Shown piece after piece: positions 13,120 to 27,600 of a DNA stretch of 64,000 bases (positions are counted from its first letter, which is position 1; each line of letters starts with the position of its first letter). Source of the stretch: Eledone cirrhosa (taxonomy: Eukaryota); NCBI GenBank assembly GCA_964016885.1, contig OZ024742.1, positions 331,886,001-331,950,000 on the forward strand, read 5' to 3'. Made by a program: the position numbers and the translations under genes. The notes under the pieces were generated by a model that saw only the letters and a list, made by a program, of their open reading frames with translations, was not told where the DNA came from and did no database searches.

Positions 13120-15225
13120 AACACGCATATATACACGCATATATAACAAACACATATATATTCATTTATATGTATATATCCTCATCATATTCCTAAATGT
13201 TCAATAACCAGCCGGGGAAACAGATACAGATCACACTCATACATATTAAAGTTTCATTAAAATAAATTCAGGTATTTAATGCAAATAAGATTCGCCTTGT
13301 AGTTTCTACAAATAGTGTTCACGAAGTGCAGCAACAATAGTTACAACAATAATAGGAACATAAACAACAGCCATACCAACTACAGCCATAGAAAACATCA
13401 TAAACAAAAACAGGAAACAACAGGAGGAGCCACAGTCACTCCTCAATATTAGCACAATAGAAGACTCATTCCATTTATTTCAAGAAGTGAATTAGGGAAG
13501 TCTTATGTATCTTTTCTGACAATTCTTCGTTTTGTCCTGATCTACTTAATGATGATTAGAATTTTACAATATTTCTTGGTCGTTAGATTTTAAGAAAGCG
13601 ATCACGTTTCATGTAATCTATGGAAAAAAACAAGTCTTTTGAAGCGACACTGGTGGGGTAGCAGCCTTAAGGAGAGCCTGAACTTATACCAACTAGTGCT
13701 CATTTCCTCAACAATTTTACAGTTTATTTGTTTCAGAAGATACTTTATTAAATACATTTATACGAAATCATAATATCCAACATAATTGCTTTACTATTAC
13801 AAATTTATATTTAAAATTGAAGACAGTATCTTAATGTATAATTTCTTATTTTATAGCACCGCGTTTCACACATACACAGATACAATAATATATTGATGTA
13901 CTTAATATATTCACTTCCATAGAAACCGTGCCCAAGTGCGTTACTAAATGAAATTAATATAGATTCACATATGGTCATTTGCCTTTAATTTCATTTTCAA
14001 ATATATTTTCTTCAGCTTATATATCAATAACGGGATATTTAATTTTATACTACTATAGTTGTAGAAACTTTGATTCCAAATTCAGAGACATACGTTGCTG
14101 TATTGCTGCCTTACTTCCTTAACGGCAATATTGCGATAAAAATAATATAAAAATGGTAACTTCGTAAACTTCTGGAAATAGAAATATTTCCAATAAGATT
14201 TTACAAATATATAAAAGACATAAGAGGAACATAAATGTTCACAGTTTATAAAAGGTTACAAATATTTCGGACTGAGAATTGAGCCAAACAATACGCTTTA
14301 TTGTTTTATTATTAAAGTTTTACAAAACTGTCAATATTTGACGCCAAGTCTGAATTAGTGTGTGGTGATGGAAGAGTATTGTTTCTGTTGTTCTTGTTGG
14401 TGGTGGTGGTGGTTGTATTAAAGGAGTGGTATTTGTGAGGGGGGTATGATGTTTATGAGCTGAGTAAGAGCGATAGTTTTGGTTAGAGAGAGAGCGTGTG
14501 GTGTTGTAGGAGTGCTGTGTGTGATGATTTGGACAGTGGAGGATATGGTGTTATAGCTGAATCGGAGTGGTGGTGTTGGAGATTTTGATTGTTGTAAAAT
14601 TTGTGTTTATTTTACAGACGGAGGTCGTAGTGGTGGTTGTAGCAGTGGGTGTATTGTTGTTGGTGATGATGATTATGGCGATGTTCAGGATGTACGGGGT
14701 GGAAAGGTTTAAAAACTTAAGATAAGTGAAGGGGAAAAGTAAGATATCTAGTTAGAAATATATGAAATAAAAAAGATGTATATACAAATAAAATCGCAAA
14801 TAAAACCCGCAAATATTGTAATATTAATATCATATATACATCAGAATTTTATTGTTTCTTCTGGACAAGTTATAAAATAAACACAGCAGTGTACAAGATT
14901 CAGGTACTAAAATGGAAAAAGATAAACTATGCACACACGCACGCACACTCTCATATATATTATACATGGAGTGGGGTAAAGACATTGAGTAAGAGAGAGA
15001 GATAGACATACACAGACACATTCAAATGTAAGTGTATGAATGCATACAAGACAGGCAACAATATATTAAATACACATATATACACGCACACACATCTATC
15101 TAAATATATATCTTACTATCTCTTCACTCTCTCTTTCTCCCCTTTTTGTATGTTTGTATACATATATATACATATCTTACTACGTCTTCACTCTCTCTTT
15201 CTCTCTTTATGTATTTATGTCTTTG

Positions 15226-15332
<107 letters not shown>

Positions 15333-16777
15333 GCACAACCTCAACGATGAGTGTAGATATAACTAAAAATTTAATATGTACTGATATATCTCTATCTGAG
15401 AATATACGGTTGTTGTTATTACTATTATTTTATTATTATCGTTATTTAGATATATTCGAATATGGTTTTGTTTCATACTAGGAATTTATTTGTCTGTGTT
15501 TCTATGTGTGAGAATTTGTGTGGTAGCCGTATATATGTCTGTAGAATGTGTGTTATTGAAAAGAGGAATGACAATAAAATAGAGCTAATGTTTTTAATGC
15601 AAAAATATCATGAATTATGTATGAGAAAATTTCGAACGGAGACATAAAGTGAATTAAACTTGATACAAGCTTTGATATTGTTGCGTTACACTTGTACAAG
15701 AAATGAAGACAATCGGTTTGTTGTTAGTGAACATTGCAGCGCATTAACCTTGAATACATTAAATAGAATACGTTGTAACTTAGATTAGTCATCCAGTTCA
15801 AACCCGTATTTGAATTACATAGCTGGATAGGGTGTTTATCCAACAACTAGAATAATTATATATTGTATACCTTTTGCCCCATATTTTGTTATTTTACATA
15901 AAATCGTCATACACAGTCACCTCCCACAAGGTATGTCCATACATCTCCAGTGTAGCTAGATCCCATTAATGAAGTCAAAAGGTATATTGTTTGACGAATA
16001 TGTTAAATTGAAGTTGTCAGTTAATGTGTTGATGACATAAGTAGCATTGATGTCAAGTTACTTATTTATAATCCCTCCATTGGGCTTTAAATCTGGGTGA
16101 AGTCATATGTGTGCCGTCGAAAAAGTTGATTTCCTTCGGAGAAAAAGAGAGCGCAGGTAAGAGAAAGACATTAAGAAACATACAGAAAGAAGCGACTTCA
16201 ATATTGGACTGATAACCTATTCAAGCGTAGAAAGCCCGACCAGATACCGCTGAACATTCTGTCGGACACTGCAACAAATGTGTAAATTTGCTGTCCTTTC
16301 TTCTTTTATGAAAAAGAAACATAAACACACTGGATGGTCGTCGCTTGATAAACATAAGTTCAAAGTTTACACAAATGGGACAATCATGGTTATCTCCTAA
16401 CGACTCACAGAACGCCGATGATATTTCCCGCGTATGTTTTACAGTTTTGAATCCATATGGGCGTAGAGGTAATATATTGATATAAAGCACATAAACATAC
16501 TACCTAAAATAAGCCCAGTATGCTTGTGAATACACAGTGATTCATGTGCCCTTTGTCACTTAGCTATTCTTATAAGCGCAGATGTTTTTAAAATAGTAGC
16601 AATCAGAAAATTTAGATTTCAGACTAGACGAACTTGAGAATGTTTCGTGTACAACCTGTAGTGTATCAAATAATACCATTTACACAATATAAATGTGTTC
16701 AACATGCATTTATCTCGAAGGTAGATTTAAATTACAAAAACACGCGTGCACTCACGCACATTGACACACACACACAC

Positions 16778-16821
<44 letters not shown>

Positions 16822-17902
16822 AAGTATGTATGTATGTATATGTGTGTGTGTATATGTATGTATGTGTGTGTGGGGGGGGGGGTGTACAGTAATAAATAAT
16901 AAAGGATTCATGGCTGGGGTTTATGGTTTTAACATTTTTTAGCAAACCATTTTTAACAAATTTGATAAACACGCTCTTCCTCTTTCTCATTCTGTCTCAT
17001 CGTAAATCCTGTTGAAAACCAAGAGGGGTTATTCCAGTTTTCTATAAGTCATATTGCAGGACAAGAAACATTCCTGTCGGCTCTTGACCTCCTGTTGTGG
17101 AACCTGGGGAGATAACTCATTTTTCTCAAGAAATGAAAGAATAACAGCTTTAATGCTCTGTACTCTGCATTTTAAGGACATAAGCGAAGGTATATTTCTG
17201 CATCCCACTGCAAAAATTACGAAGTATAGAATCTTATTCTGTTTTTTCTTTTATTGAAAGTCAAAATGAATTCGACAAATGCGTTACATTTTCATTTTCT
17301 ACTGCAACATATATTTTATATTTCCATAATGTTATATTAGAATATAGCAGAGGAAAACAGAGAACTTTGAAACATAGTTGTTACTATTGAAATTTCTCTT
17401 CTTTTTATAATCATTGATTCTGATTTTATTCATAACGATGTCTTAGTTTATTGCAAAGTGCTGTATTGTATGTTCAGACAAGAATTAGATATTGAGAATT
17501 TTACATCTGGTTTGTATTTTTAAAAGTATCCAAAACCTTCGCATTAATTTATCTATGTACAATTGTATCAAATTTTGTGAATGTATTATATACATAATTT
17601 GATTTTCCTTGCGAATCGGTCAAGAAATATTGCACATTTCGATATTTTTCATGAGTGATTTCATTTTTCCTGTAATATATACTATCCTTTTAAATTTATG
17701 TATATTTCAATTTACAGTATTCTGTTGCAAGGAATTTTGATTTATGTATGTGACTGATTTAATTTGATAGGCTACATTGGGACTCATGTAAAGATAGAGA
17801 AATAAAGCACGTTAACAACCTACCGCAGAATATACACGATGTAAAACACGCATACGTAAGCACTCATACAGTCAGTACATATATTTGCAATATATGTCAA
17901 AG

Positions 17903-17936
<34 letters not shown>

Positions 17937-18410
17937 AAACATATCACATGGGGAATTGAAATCATAAAATATTTCAATGATCAGACTAAAACCAGACAAA
18001 GAGACAATTATATTGACAAATTTATACATGCTTACATATATATGTAAGTAGTAGATATGTCTCTCTCAATCTCTCTTTCACTCTCTCCCTCACTCTCTCT
18101 CTTTCTTTGTATATATATATATATATATATATATACACGCGCCCAAAAGCACACGCGCGCGTGTGTTTATTCGAAAATGTATGAAATATTTGGTACAGTT
18201 ATATATATATATATATATAACTGTACCAAATATTTCATACATTTTCCAATAAACACACGCGCGCGCGCACACACACATATACATATTTTTCAAATATGTA
18301 TTTAAATATATATAGCTAACTATCTAGGTCGGGTAAAATTCCCGAGATCGATGGACGAGTTCTCCCAGAGACACACATGCATATATATATGTATGTAATA
18401 AATATATGTC

Positions 18411-18540
<130 letters not shown>

Positions 18541-19032
18541 TATGATCGTTTAATGTTTACTTGTTCCACTCATATTTACTGTTCTGGTATCTCAAATTAT
18601 TACCAGGGAAAAAACACTATTATAGACACCATATATATTTCCGTGGGTACTTATTACCTACTTGAATATCTATATCATTTATCTGAATTTTCCTTAATGT
18701 TGAGAAAAAAATGTTGTATCATGCTGCTATTTCTAGTAACATGAAATATCAACTAGTCTATTATTCCCGCTCTTTCTAACGCCTCATTAGTGTGGTGGTC
18801 ATTTTAACGGCTTCATTCATTCACCGAGTAGAAAGCGACGCATCCACATCTACGTGGATTTATATCTAGTAGGTTTGGAAAAGCTTTCTGAAGAGCAATG
18901 TCTTTCTATTGGAAATTCTCTGAATTTCTAATCTTTTGATTAGCTAAACATTCGGTCATGGCACTAAAAGCGGTAAATATTTAAATCGTATTTTAATTTA
19001 TTTCAAAGATTGTTTAATGTTTACTTGTTCCG

Positions 19033-19137
<105 letters not shown>

Positions 19138-19292
19138 AGAAATGTAAGCTATATATATATATATATATATTTTACGTCAATACTCATCTATTTCCATTTC
19201 TCCGAGGGTTCTTAACCCCACTATCAGGCTAAATAATTTCTTTAATTTCTTTAGTCAAAATACGGCGATAGCTTACATTTCTAATAATATAT

Positions 19293-19340
<48 letters not shown>

Positions 19341-19349
19341 TGTATATAT

Positions 19350-19421
<72 letters not shown>

Positions 19422-19423
19422 CC

Positions 19424-19477
<54 letters not shown>

Positions 19478-19663
19478 ATATATATATGTATATATATATA
19501 TTGTTATACTTTGGGAGGGTCAAGTTGCCAATAAGAAACACACGCACCAGTTGCTTTCACTTCAATTTATTATATATTTATATATTTATAAATTTACAAA
19601 TCTACAAATCTATAAATTTCTGGTTGGTTGGTTGGTTCCACAACCAGATAGTTGTTTATATAT

Positions 19664-19708
19664 AGTCATAGTCCTTTCGTCACACACTCTGTGACCTCTT
19701 CAGTGACT
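19664..19708 (-). ncRNA. PLE-B minimal hammerhead
   Basis: AGUCA-CUGAAGA-g GUCACA gagug UGUGAC-GAAA-GgaC-UA^-UGACU. Confidence 0.75.
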
Positions 19709-19721
19709 GGGGATTCCTTTC

Positions 19722-19766
19722 AGTCACTGAAGAGGTCACAGAGTGTGTGACGAAAGGACTATGACT
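19722..19766 (+). ncRNA. PLE-B minimal hammerhead
   Basis: agtca ctgaaga g gtcaca gagtg tgtgac gaaa ggac ta tgact. Confidence 0.75.
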
Positions 19767-20018
19767 ATATATAAACAACTATCTGGTTGTGGAACCAACC
19801 AACCAACCAGAAATTTATAGATTTGTAGATTTGTAAATTTATAAATTTATAAATATATAATAAATTGAAGTGAAGCAACTGGTGCGTGTGTTTCTTATTG
19901 GCAACATGACCCTCCCAAAGTATAACAATATCGGTTTCAACACACGGTTTCAGATAAAGAATCTTGCTAAACAAATTCAGAAACGAAATATATATATATA
20001 TATATACATATATATATG

Positions 20019-20071
<53 letters not shown>

Positions 20072-20461
20072 TCATCATCATCATGAACGTTTAACGTCCG
20101 TGTTCCACGCTTGCATGGGTTTGGACGGGGGTTTCACACTTGAGGCAAGAATGATTGTCTTGCTCGCATAGGACTGCCTGGCGGGTTTTCTACAGCTGGA
20201 TGCCCTTCCTAACACCAACAACATTTACAGTGTGGGGCTGGGAGGTTTTTACCGTGTTGCCTACACGGCCACATTACAGCGTGGACTGTGTGTTTTTTTG
20301 TCGTGACACCTACACGATCTCATTTGTTTCGACCTGGGTGATGTGGCACCAACATAACTTTACATTGAAGGGGCGGTGTGGATGTGGTGGTGTGGTGGTG
20401 GGGGATGGGGGGTGTATTTTGTTTGAGATGCCTACTGGCTGTAGTAGGTTTTACTTTGTAT

Positions 20462-23400
20462 TTAGGTAAGGCGGGTCTTCTCTATTACTGAGTACCGCCA
20501 AAGGTCTCGGTCCAGTGACATTGTCTTGGAGAGGTGTAAATGTGTGAGGTCAGAATTTATCAGCTCGTCCCAGGTTTTTCTGGGTCTGCCTACTCCATAG
20601 CTACCGTCTATCTTTATTGCCCTGCACTTTGTTATACAGCTGTCGTCTTCCATGCGCATCACGTGACCATACCAACGTAGCCTTCTCCCGAGTAAACAAC
20701 ATCTGATCCCTCTTATTTCTAATTTTTTCCTTAGTTCGCTTATGCTTTGCCGTTCACGTATGTTACTATTACACATCCAGCGGAGCATGCAAGCTTCGTT
20801 ATTCTCTAGTCTGCGTATATCCTCTGCACACAATGCCCAGGTCTCACTGCCATGCTACATTGTTGTTCGTATGCAGGCATCATACAACCTGCCTTTCATT
20901 CTTTGGGAGAACCCTTTAGCGGCTAACAGTGGTATAAGGTCTCGGAACTATTTCCAACCAGTTCTGACTCTAGCTACTGTACTTTCAGAGGACCCTCCCC
21001 CACTGCTGATTTTGTCGCCCAGGCAACGGAAGCTGTCCACTATTTCTATAGAACCCTCTTCGCAATTGAAAGAGCTAGTATTTTTTGGGGCACTTGCTGC
21101 TACTTATTGCACCAGAGCACCGGCCACATGTAACATCTATGTTCCTAGTTAGCTTACCTGTGACCCCACTACATATTTTATGCACCCATACTTTGCATTT
21201 GGGACATAAAATAGAGTTTCTACCTACGCCTTTCCTACACACTGAGCATGGCCATTTCCCGGAAGGGACCGGCGCCTTATTTTCTTTCCTACAAACTAGA
21301 ACTTTAGTCTTAGCCAGGTTAATTTTAAGGCCTTTTGATTCTAGGCCGTGCTTCCATGTTTGGAATTTCTTCTCTAGCACGGCCATTGATTCAGCTATGA
21401 GCGTTAGATCATCTGCGTATAGGAGTTCCCATGGGCAGCCGGTCTTGAACTCCTCTGTTATAGCCTGAAGGGCAATAATAAATAGTAGGGGGCTAAGAAC
21501 GGAGCCCTGATGGACACCAACTTTTACGCTAATCTCTTCACTATATTCGTTGTTAATTCTAACCTTGCTGACTGTTTCTTTATACATGGCTTGTATAGCT
21601 CTGACAAGCCATTCGTCAAAACCTAGTTTCCTAAGAGCCCACAAAAAAATGGAACGGGGGACTCTGTCGAAGGCTTTCTCCAAGTCAACAAAAGCTAAGT
21701 ATAGGGGTTTACTTTTAGCTAGGTACTTCTCCTGTAGTTGTCTGTGGTACTTTTGCGTGACACAAACCCGAACTGCATTTCATCTAGATCAAAGAGCGTC
21801 TGTGGTACTTTTGCCTGACACAAACCCGAACTGCATTTCATCTAGATCAATTTTCTCTCTAATTAGTTGCGCTATTACTTTTTCCGTGACCTTCATGACA
21901 TGGTCGATTAATTTAATGCCTCTATAGTTACACCTATCTAGGGCATCTCCTTTACCCTTGTAACAGTTAATGATGATGCTGCTACGCCAGTCCTTCGGAA
22001 CAACCCCATTCTATATGACTTGGTTTACTATCCGGGAGACCATGGTGTGTCCAACCGTTCCAGAGGCTTTCAGCAAAATCAGCAACTATTTCCGAAGGCC
22101 CAGCCGCCTTACCCGCCTTCATATCTTTGATTGCCTTACTTATTATACTACCTTCGACTAACACTGCTGGTCCCTCTATTGGGTCGATGTGGGGGAGACT
22201 GTCTTTCTCCCATTTATTCTCCTCATTTAGAAGCCGTTCGTAGTGACTCTTCCAAGCTACCTTCTTATCAGCGTCAGTGATGGCAAGTACGCCTTCATCA
22301 TTAAGTACACACTTCTCCCCGACAATATCACGGTTTTCCTTGACACATTGCCTAGCAATCCTGAACACCTCACGTTTTTGGTCCTCGCGTTGTACAACAT
22401 GCTTGAACTTTCTTTCCTCTGCTTACCTTCTTGCGAAGTACACTTGTCTCCTAGCTTCCCTTCTGGCCACTTGATAGTCTTCTCTACTTCCTCCATCCCG
22501 CCATACTTTCGAAGCCTGCTTTTTGGCCTTAATTGTCTCCTCCACCTTACTGTTCCACCACCATGTTACTCTCCTCCTAACTACAGGCCTGCTCCAGCCA
22601 CAGACTTCGTCTACCGCCGTCAGCAGGTTTGCTTTCAGGAATTCCCACTGTTCCTCTATATTATACGACTCTAATTGCTCTTCCTTACTGTCGAAAGCAT
22701 CAAGTAATATGCTTTGAAATTTATTTCTGGCTGTGGGGTCCTTTAGCTTCCATAATTTTCTCCTGAGGATAGTCCTCTTCTGCTGTCTAATACGTCTCGT
22801 CCTGACTATGAGGTCGCTAATTATCAGTCTATGTTGGGAGGTGCATTCTTCATGGGGGAGGGATTCAGTGTTAACAACAGACACTCTGTCACGTCTTCTG
22901 GTAAGGATATAATCTACCTGGCTTGTGTGTTCCCCCGATCTATAGGTGATCAAGTGATTGTCTCGTTTTTTGAAGTTAGTGTTACAGATAGTTAGGTTAT
23001 TTGCGTCACAGAATTCCAGGATTCTGGAGCCTTCCTCATTTCTAGTACCGAGCCCATAACCTCCATGGATTCCGTCATAGCCGTCACATTGTTGTCCAAC
23101 GTGACCGTTTAGGTCGCCTGCAATAATTATATAGTCACTGTCTGTTATTTGGGCGGTAGCGAGCATCAGTGTCTCATAGAATCTGTCTTTTATAGCGCCG
23201 GGCAGTCCGGATTGGGGTGCGTACGCAGATATTACTGTCACCGTAGTTGTATTGAGGACAAGTCTTATTTTCATTATTCTGTCGTTCAGGGCAGTGGATT
23301 GGCAGTATCGGTAGAGGGTCGGACGCCATGCTTTCCAGCATAGTTACGTCCCTTTATGATCTGAGTTCGAATCCCGCCGAGGTTGACTTTGCCTTTCATC

Positions 23401-23730
23401 CTTACGGGGTTGATAAAATAAAGTACCAGTAATGCACTGAGTAATTGCTGGCCTTGTGCCTAAAGTAGAAACAATTATTCTGTCGTTCACTCTATTTACG
23501 TCTATTATCTTATCTGCCCACTTTTCTGCTACCATGATTCCTACTCCAACCAGCCCATTGTCATTTCCCACCCAGAAAAGCTTATACACACGATGAATCT
23601 AGTAGACCCTCCCCTCCACCTGGTCTCTTGAATACAACAAACATCGACCTCCTTACGTTCAAGCATTTCTACAACCTCGTTAGAGCGACCCTTTAAGGTG
23701 CCTACATTCATGGTACCAACTCTGAAGTTT
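20462..23730 (-). pseudogene. RTE ORF: APE endonuclease + RT with PHD-like finger
   Basis: VGTMNVGT..CCIQETRW; ISAYAPQ; GDLNGHVG; SQVDYIL; EKAFDRVPR; GVHQGSVLSPLLF; LLYADDL; RRLRWYGHVMR; GRPRKTW; frameshifts and a SINE insertion. Confidence 0.9.
23289..23473 (+). mobile_element. SINE inserted in the RTE ORF with a 16-bp TSD
   Basis: TSD attattctgtcgttca at 23273-23288 and 23474-23489; B-box gttcgaatcc. Confidence 0.92.
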
Positions 23731-23786
23731 CGGATTGCGTTTGGAGGGTGGGAGCGGTGGAGAGCAGGGGATAGCGAAGTTGGAGT

Positions 23787-23869
<83 letters not shown>

Positions 23870-24017
23870 ATACTTTGGGAAGGTCATGTTGCCAATAAGA
23901 AACACACGCACCACTTGCTTTCACTTCAATTTATTATAATAAATTTATAATAAATTTATAAATTTATAAATTTCTGGTTGGTTGGTTGGTTTCGCAACCA
24001 GATAGTTGTTTATAAAT

Positions 24018-24062
24018 AGTCATAGTTCTTTCGTGACACACTCTGTGACCTCTTCAGTGACT
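24018..24062 (-). ncRNA. PLE-B hammerhead (inverted arm)
   Basis: AGUCA-CUGAAGA-gGUCACA..-GAAA-GaaC-UA^-UGACU, one stem II mismatch. Confidence 0.65.
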
Positions 24063-24263
24063 GGGGATTCTTTTCTTTGTTTTTGTGCCTCTCCTTTGTT
24101 CTGTCCTACTTAATTTTGTTTCTGTGTGTGTGTTGTGTGCTCAGTCGGCGCATGCGCCACATCCGGGTGTCTGTGTGTGTTTATGTTCATTTATTTATTT
24201 GTTTATTTACATGTTACTGGTTGGTTGTTTGTTCTATGTGTGTGTGTGTGTTTCATGTTGTCC

Positions 24264-24696
24264 TTAATTGTAAGTTGTGATGTTGCTGTTCCACTCAAAT
24301 TTTCTATTTAATTTTGGTTGTAATTCTTTTATGTTTATTGCCTCTGTAATTTGTCTAAACATTGCGTCTTTTCTGTGTGTAGATTCTATTTTTATTTCTA
24401 TGTTCTCTAATTTACCCTTGTGTTCTATTTTAGCATGTTGGTAGAGTACAGATGATTCTTTATTATCTTGAAGGTCTCGCCAGTGTTCATTTATCCGTTC
24501 CCCTACACTACGAGCTGTCTCACCTATGTACACTATATTTTTGTCTCTACATTGTCCTTCAGTACATCTTATGCTATACACTACATTTCTAATTTTACAG
24601 TTAATATGGCGGCTTATTTTACAGGTTATACATGTCTTATCTATACATGAGGGTCTTTGAAAAGGGTATTTCTTGCTAATAAGTGTTTTTACGGAG
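24264..24696 (-). pseudogene. Inverted copy of the PLE-B GIY-YIG domain
   Basis: YSIRC..YIGETARSVGERINEH..RQITEAINI..LNRKFEW, nearly identical to the C-terminal part of ORF 27303-27932. Confidence 0.85.
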
Positions 24697-27600
24697 TTAT
24701 AACAAGAAACTAAAGTGGCTTAAGCAGATAAAGCTAAATCAGGATACTATAGAGAATACCAATAGATATCCCGACAAAATTGACGGTATAAATATAGCCG
24801 ACACCTCATTAACAGAGGAGTTCAACAACAACAAAAACACAAATATATACGGTAACACAAGATTAGATGACGATGAGATGTCTGTGTTATGTTTACCCCC
24901 AAAATTTGCGACATTCAAGAAGGTAAATATGATTAATTTTCTGTCAGAAATAGAAAAATAATTTACAAAACTACGCTGGAGCCTCAAAAACAAAAACAAA
25001 AACAAAAGCAACAATATACGCACACACATATACAATACACATCCCAACAACAACAGACACACAGACACAAACAACAATAACAACAACACACACACCAACA
25101 ACAACAACAATAACAACATACCCAGAAACAACAACAACAGACACGCAGACACAAACAACAATAACAACACACACAGCAACAATAACACACACGGAGACAA
25201 CAACAACACACATCAACAACAACAACACACACACATTCAATGCCTCTCACCACCAACACAATCTTAACAAACACACAGACACAGAAAACAAGTAATGACA
25301 GTAGCACAGAAATCCCAGAAATAAGGGAAAGTAATAGGATTAAAAAGAGAAGGGGGACTAAGGACAAAGAGAATAACCAAGACGAACACACAGACACACA
25401 AAATAGGGTAGATAACAACAATGAGCCAGTGGAAAGAGACAGGAGTAATTGTGAGAGACATAGAAACAACCATGAGGCTGTTGGTGGAAATAGAAATAGA
25501 AACAAGACAACTAACAATAACAATAGCACTAGTACACATAAAGCAGCAGCCTGGAACTCTACGTTTTATAATCCCTCCGATAAATCATTCGACCTGCGAC
25601 GAGTCCACGCCACGACTTTACCATTTAACAAACGCACGCAATTGCCGTCGCACGTCGTTGAACAAACAGAAGCACAATTTAGTATAGCTAGATCCGAACT
25701 TAGAAATATTATAGAACAGTATAGCAAGAAGCATAATTGAATGGAGGCCCAGCAACTGGGAGAAAAATCTGCAAATGGCTTGCGTAAGCTCATGCAGCGC
25801 TCACGTAATGGAGAGATAGCATGCTTTCCAACAGACAAGTATGGCAGAATGTCGGTTGACAGCCTGCCAAACTACATCCAGGCAATGCAACCCCACATCA
25901 CTAACACAAGAGAGGTAACACTACAGGAGCATGAGGATAGAGAAAAAGCCCTCAATGCCCATATGGTGATGTGGACGAATATAATGCAGCCCAACAAAAG
26001 GACTGCCAACAACTTCCAGGCCTGGAACAATGACGTGCCGGCGTTGTATGGGCTTCGAAAAGACCATAAAATGGGCTGTGACCCTGTCGCGGGACCACCA
26101 ACACGGCCAGTCTGTGGAGCTAACATTGCTAGTAACTACAGACTGTCCTACTTCCTCTCCCTGATCATACGCCCCATCATTGAAATGTCCCCAGATGTAT
26201 GTGACAGCACGGAGGACCTCCTCAGCAGAATCGGCGTGAGTAACCGATCTGGGGACCTAACAAACTCCATAATAGGCAGTATGGATGTTGTGTCTGTATC
26301 CATCTATTGACGTGGATTTTGCTGTGGAGAAATGCGTAGAAATGATCAGTGAGAGCAAGGTTGAGTTCCGTGGGATTGATAACAGTGAGCTGGGACTCCT
26401 ACTTAAGCTTACCTATAGTAATAATTACCTAGACACATATGACCTTAGCAACCTGTGCCTACAAGACCAGCAAGAGGCAGACCACCTACCATTACCTCAA
26501 TGGCCAAGAAAACCCACACAGATAGATGGAACGGGTGGACCAGAGCCATACGGACACCCGAAAACCACGATGAACTGAAGAAAATGATTGCACATGCGGT
26601 AGGGGCCAGCATAAAACTAACCCTTAAGGAACATATGTTCAAATTTAATGGAAAAACATATGCCCAAGAGGAAGGAGCAGCCATTGGTGTTAGCATTGCA
26701 GGCGACATAGCTAACTTATTCATGGTATGGTGGGACAGTAGACTTAAACTTAAACTTAAAGAACAATTAGAAGACCCCTTAAACCTGATAATGTACTCCC
26801 GCTACGTACATGATATAAATATCGTAGTTAAGACACCCCCACTAGAGAACTGTCAGGAACTAGAGAAAAAAACAATGGAAAGCATCCAGCAAATAGCAAA
26901 CTCCATCCACCAGAGCATTAGAGTTACTATAGACTACCCAAGTAAACACCCAAACCATCGATTACCTGTACTAGACACAGAGCTCTGGTTAGATACCATT
27001 AACAACAAAAAACAAATCCTCCATTCCCATTATGCCAAACCCATGACTTCCAGACATCTGATACACCGAAACTCGGCCGTTTCGGACCATACCAAAATCA
27101 ACATACTGATTGCGGATTTGGTACGGGTGATGAGAAATGTGTCCCGCATGTGCAACCCCGAAGAACTAGAGAGACACATACAACACTTCATCCACCGTAT
27201 GCAGTTCTCAGGCTACAATCAGAGAGATAAAATCAGAGTGTATAGAGGAGCCAGAACCAAATGGGAAAAAATGGTAAATAATGACATAAATGGGACTGCC
27301 CCTTGTATAGGAGAAAATTTTGGAATAGAATAGAAAGAACTAGGAACAAGGCTAATAGAATAAACTCATGGTATGATAGCAATAAATACCAGACTGTAAT
27401 TTTCATCGATACAACCCCTAGAGTTGAATTAGCCTATAAATTTAGAAGGGCCCTAAATAAAAATAAACTCAATATTAAGATAGTAGAAAGACCAGGTACC
27501 TCCGTAAAAACACTTATTAGCAAGACATACTCTTTTCAAAGACCCTCATGTATAGATAAGAAATGTATAACCTGTAAAATAAGCCCCCATATTAACTGTA

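Larger units (their letters stand above)
19500..19990. mobile_element. Solo fold-back of the PLE-B terminal repeat
   Basis: 19500-19710 is inverted against 19720-19930; matches 28130-28390; (TA)n on both sides. Confidence 0.85.
20069..23786 (-). mobile_element. RTE-clade LINE, near full length, decayed
   Basis: Single APE+RT ORF; 3' (TGA)n tail at 20069-20084; both ends lie against (TA)n. Confidence 0.9.

Noticed and set aside
17040-17790. Possible ancient retroelement fragments (also ~38590-38850, 39470-39780, 51900-52260)
   Set aside because: Only isolated short motif resemblances; would need tBLASTn or HMM confirmation
18882-18932. CTGAAGA g caat..attg GAAA ttc tct gaa tt inside a ~464-bp direct-repeat-bounded segment
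   Set aside because: Core, stem II and stem III look plausible but stem I does not pair
25738-25743. In-frame TGA followed by ATG in PLE-B as possible selenocysteine or readthrough
   Set aside because: The element has other stops and frameshifts (e.g. TAA at 24959), and no SECIS could be identified; decay is simpler
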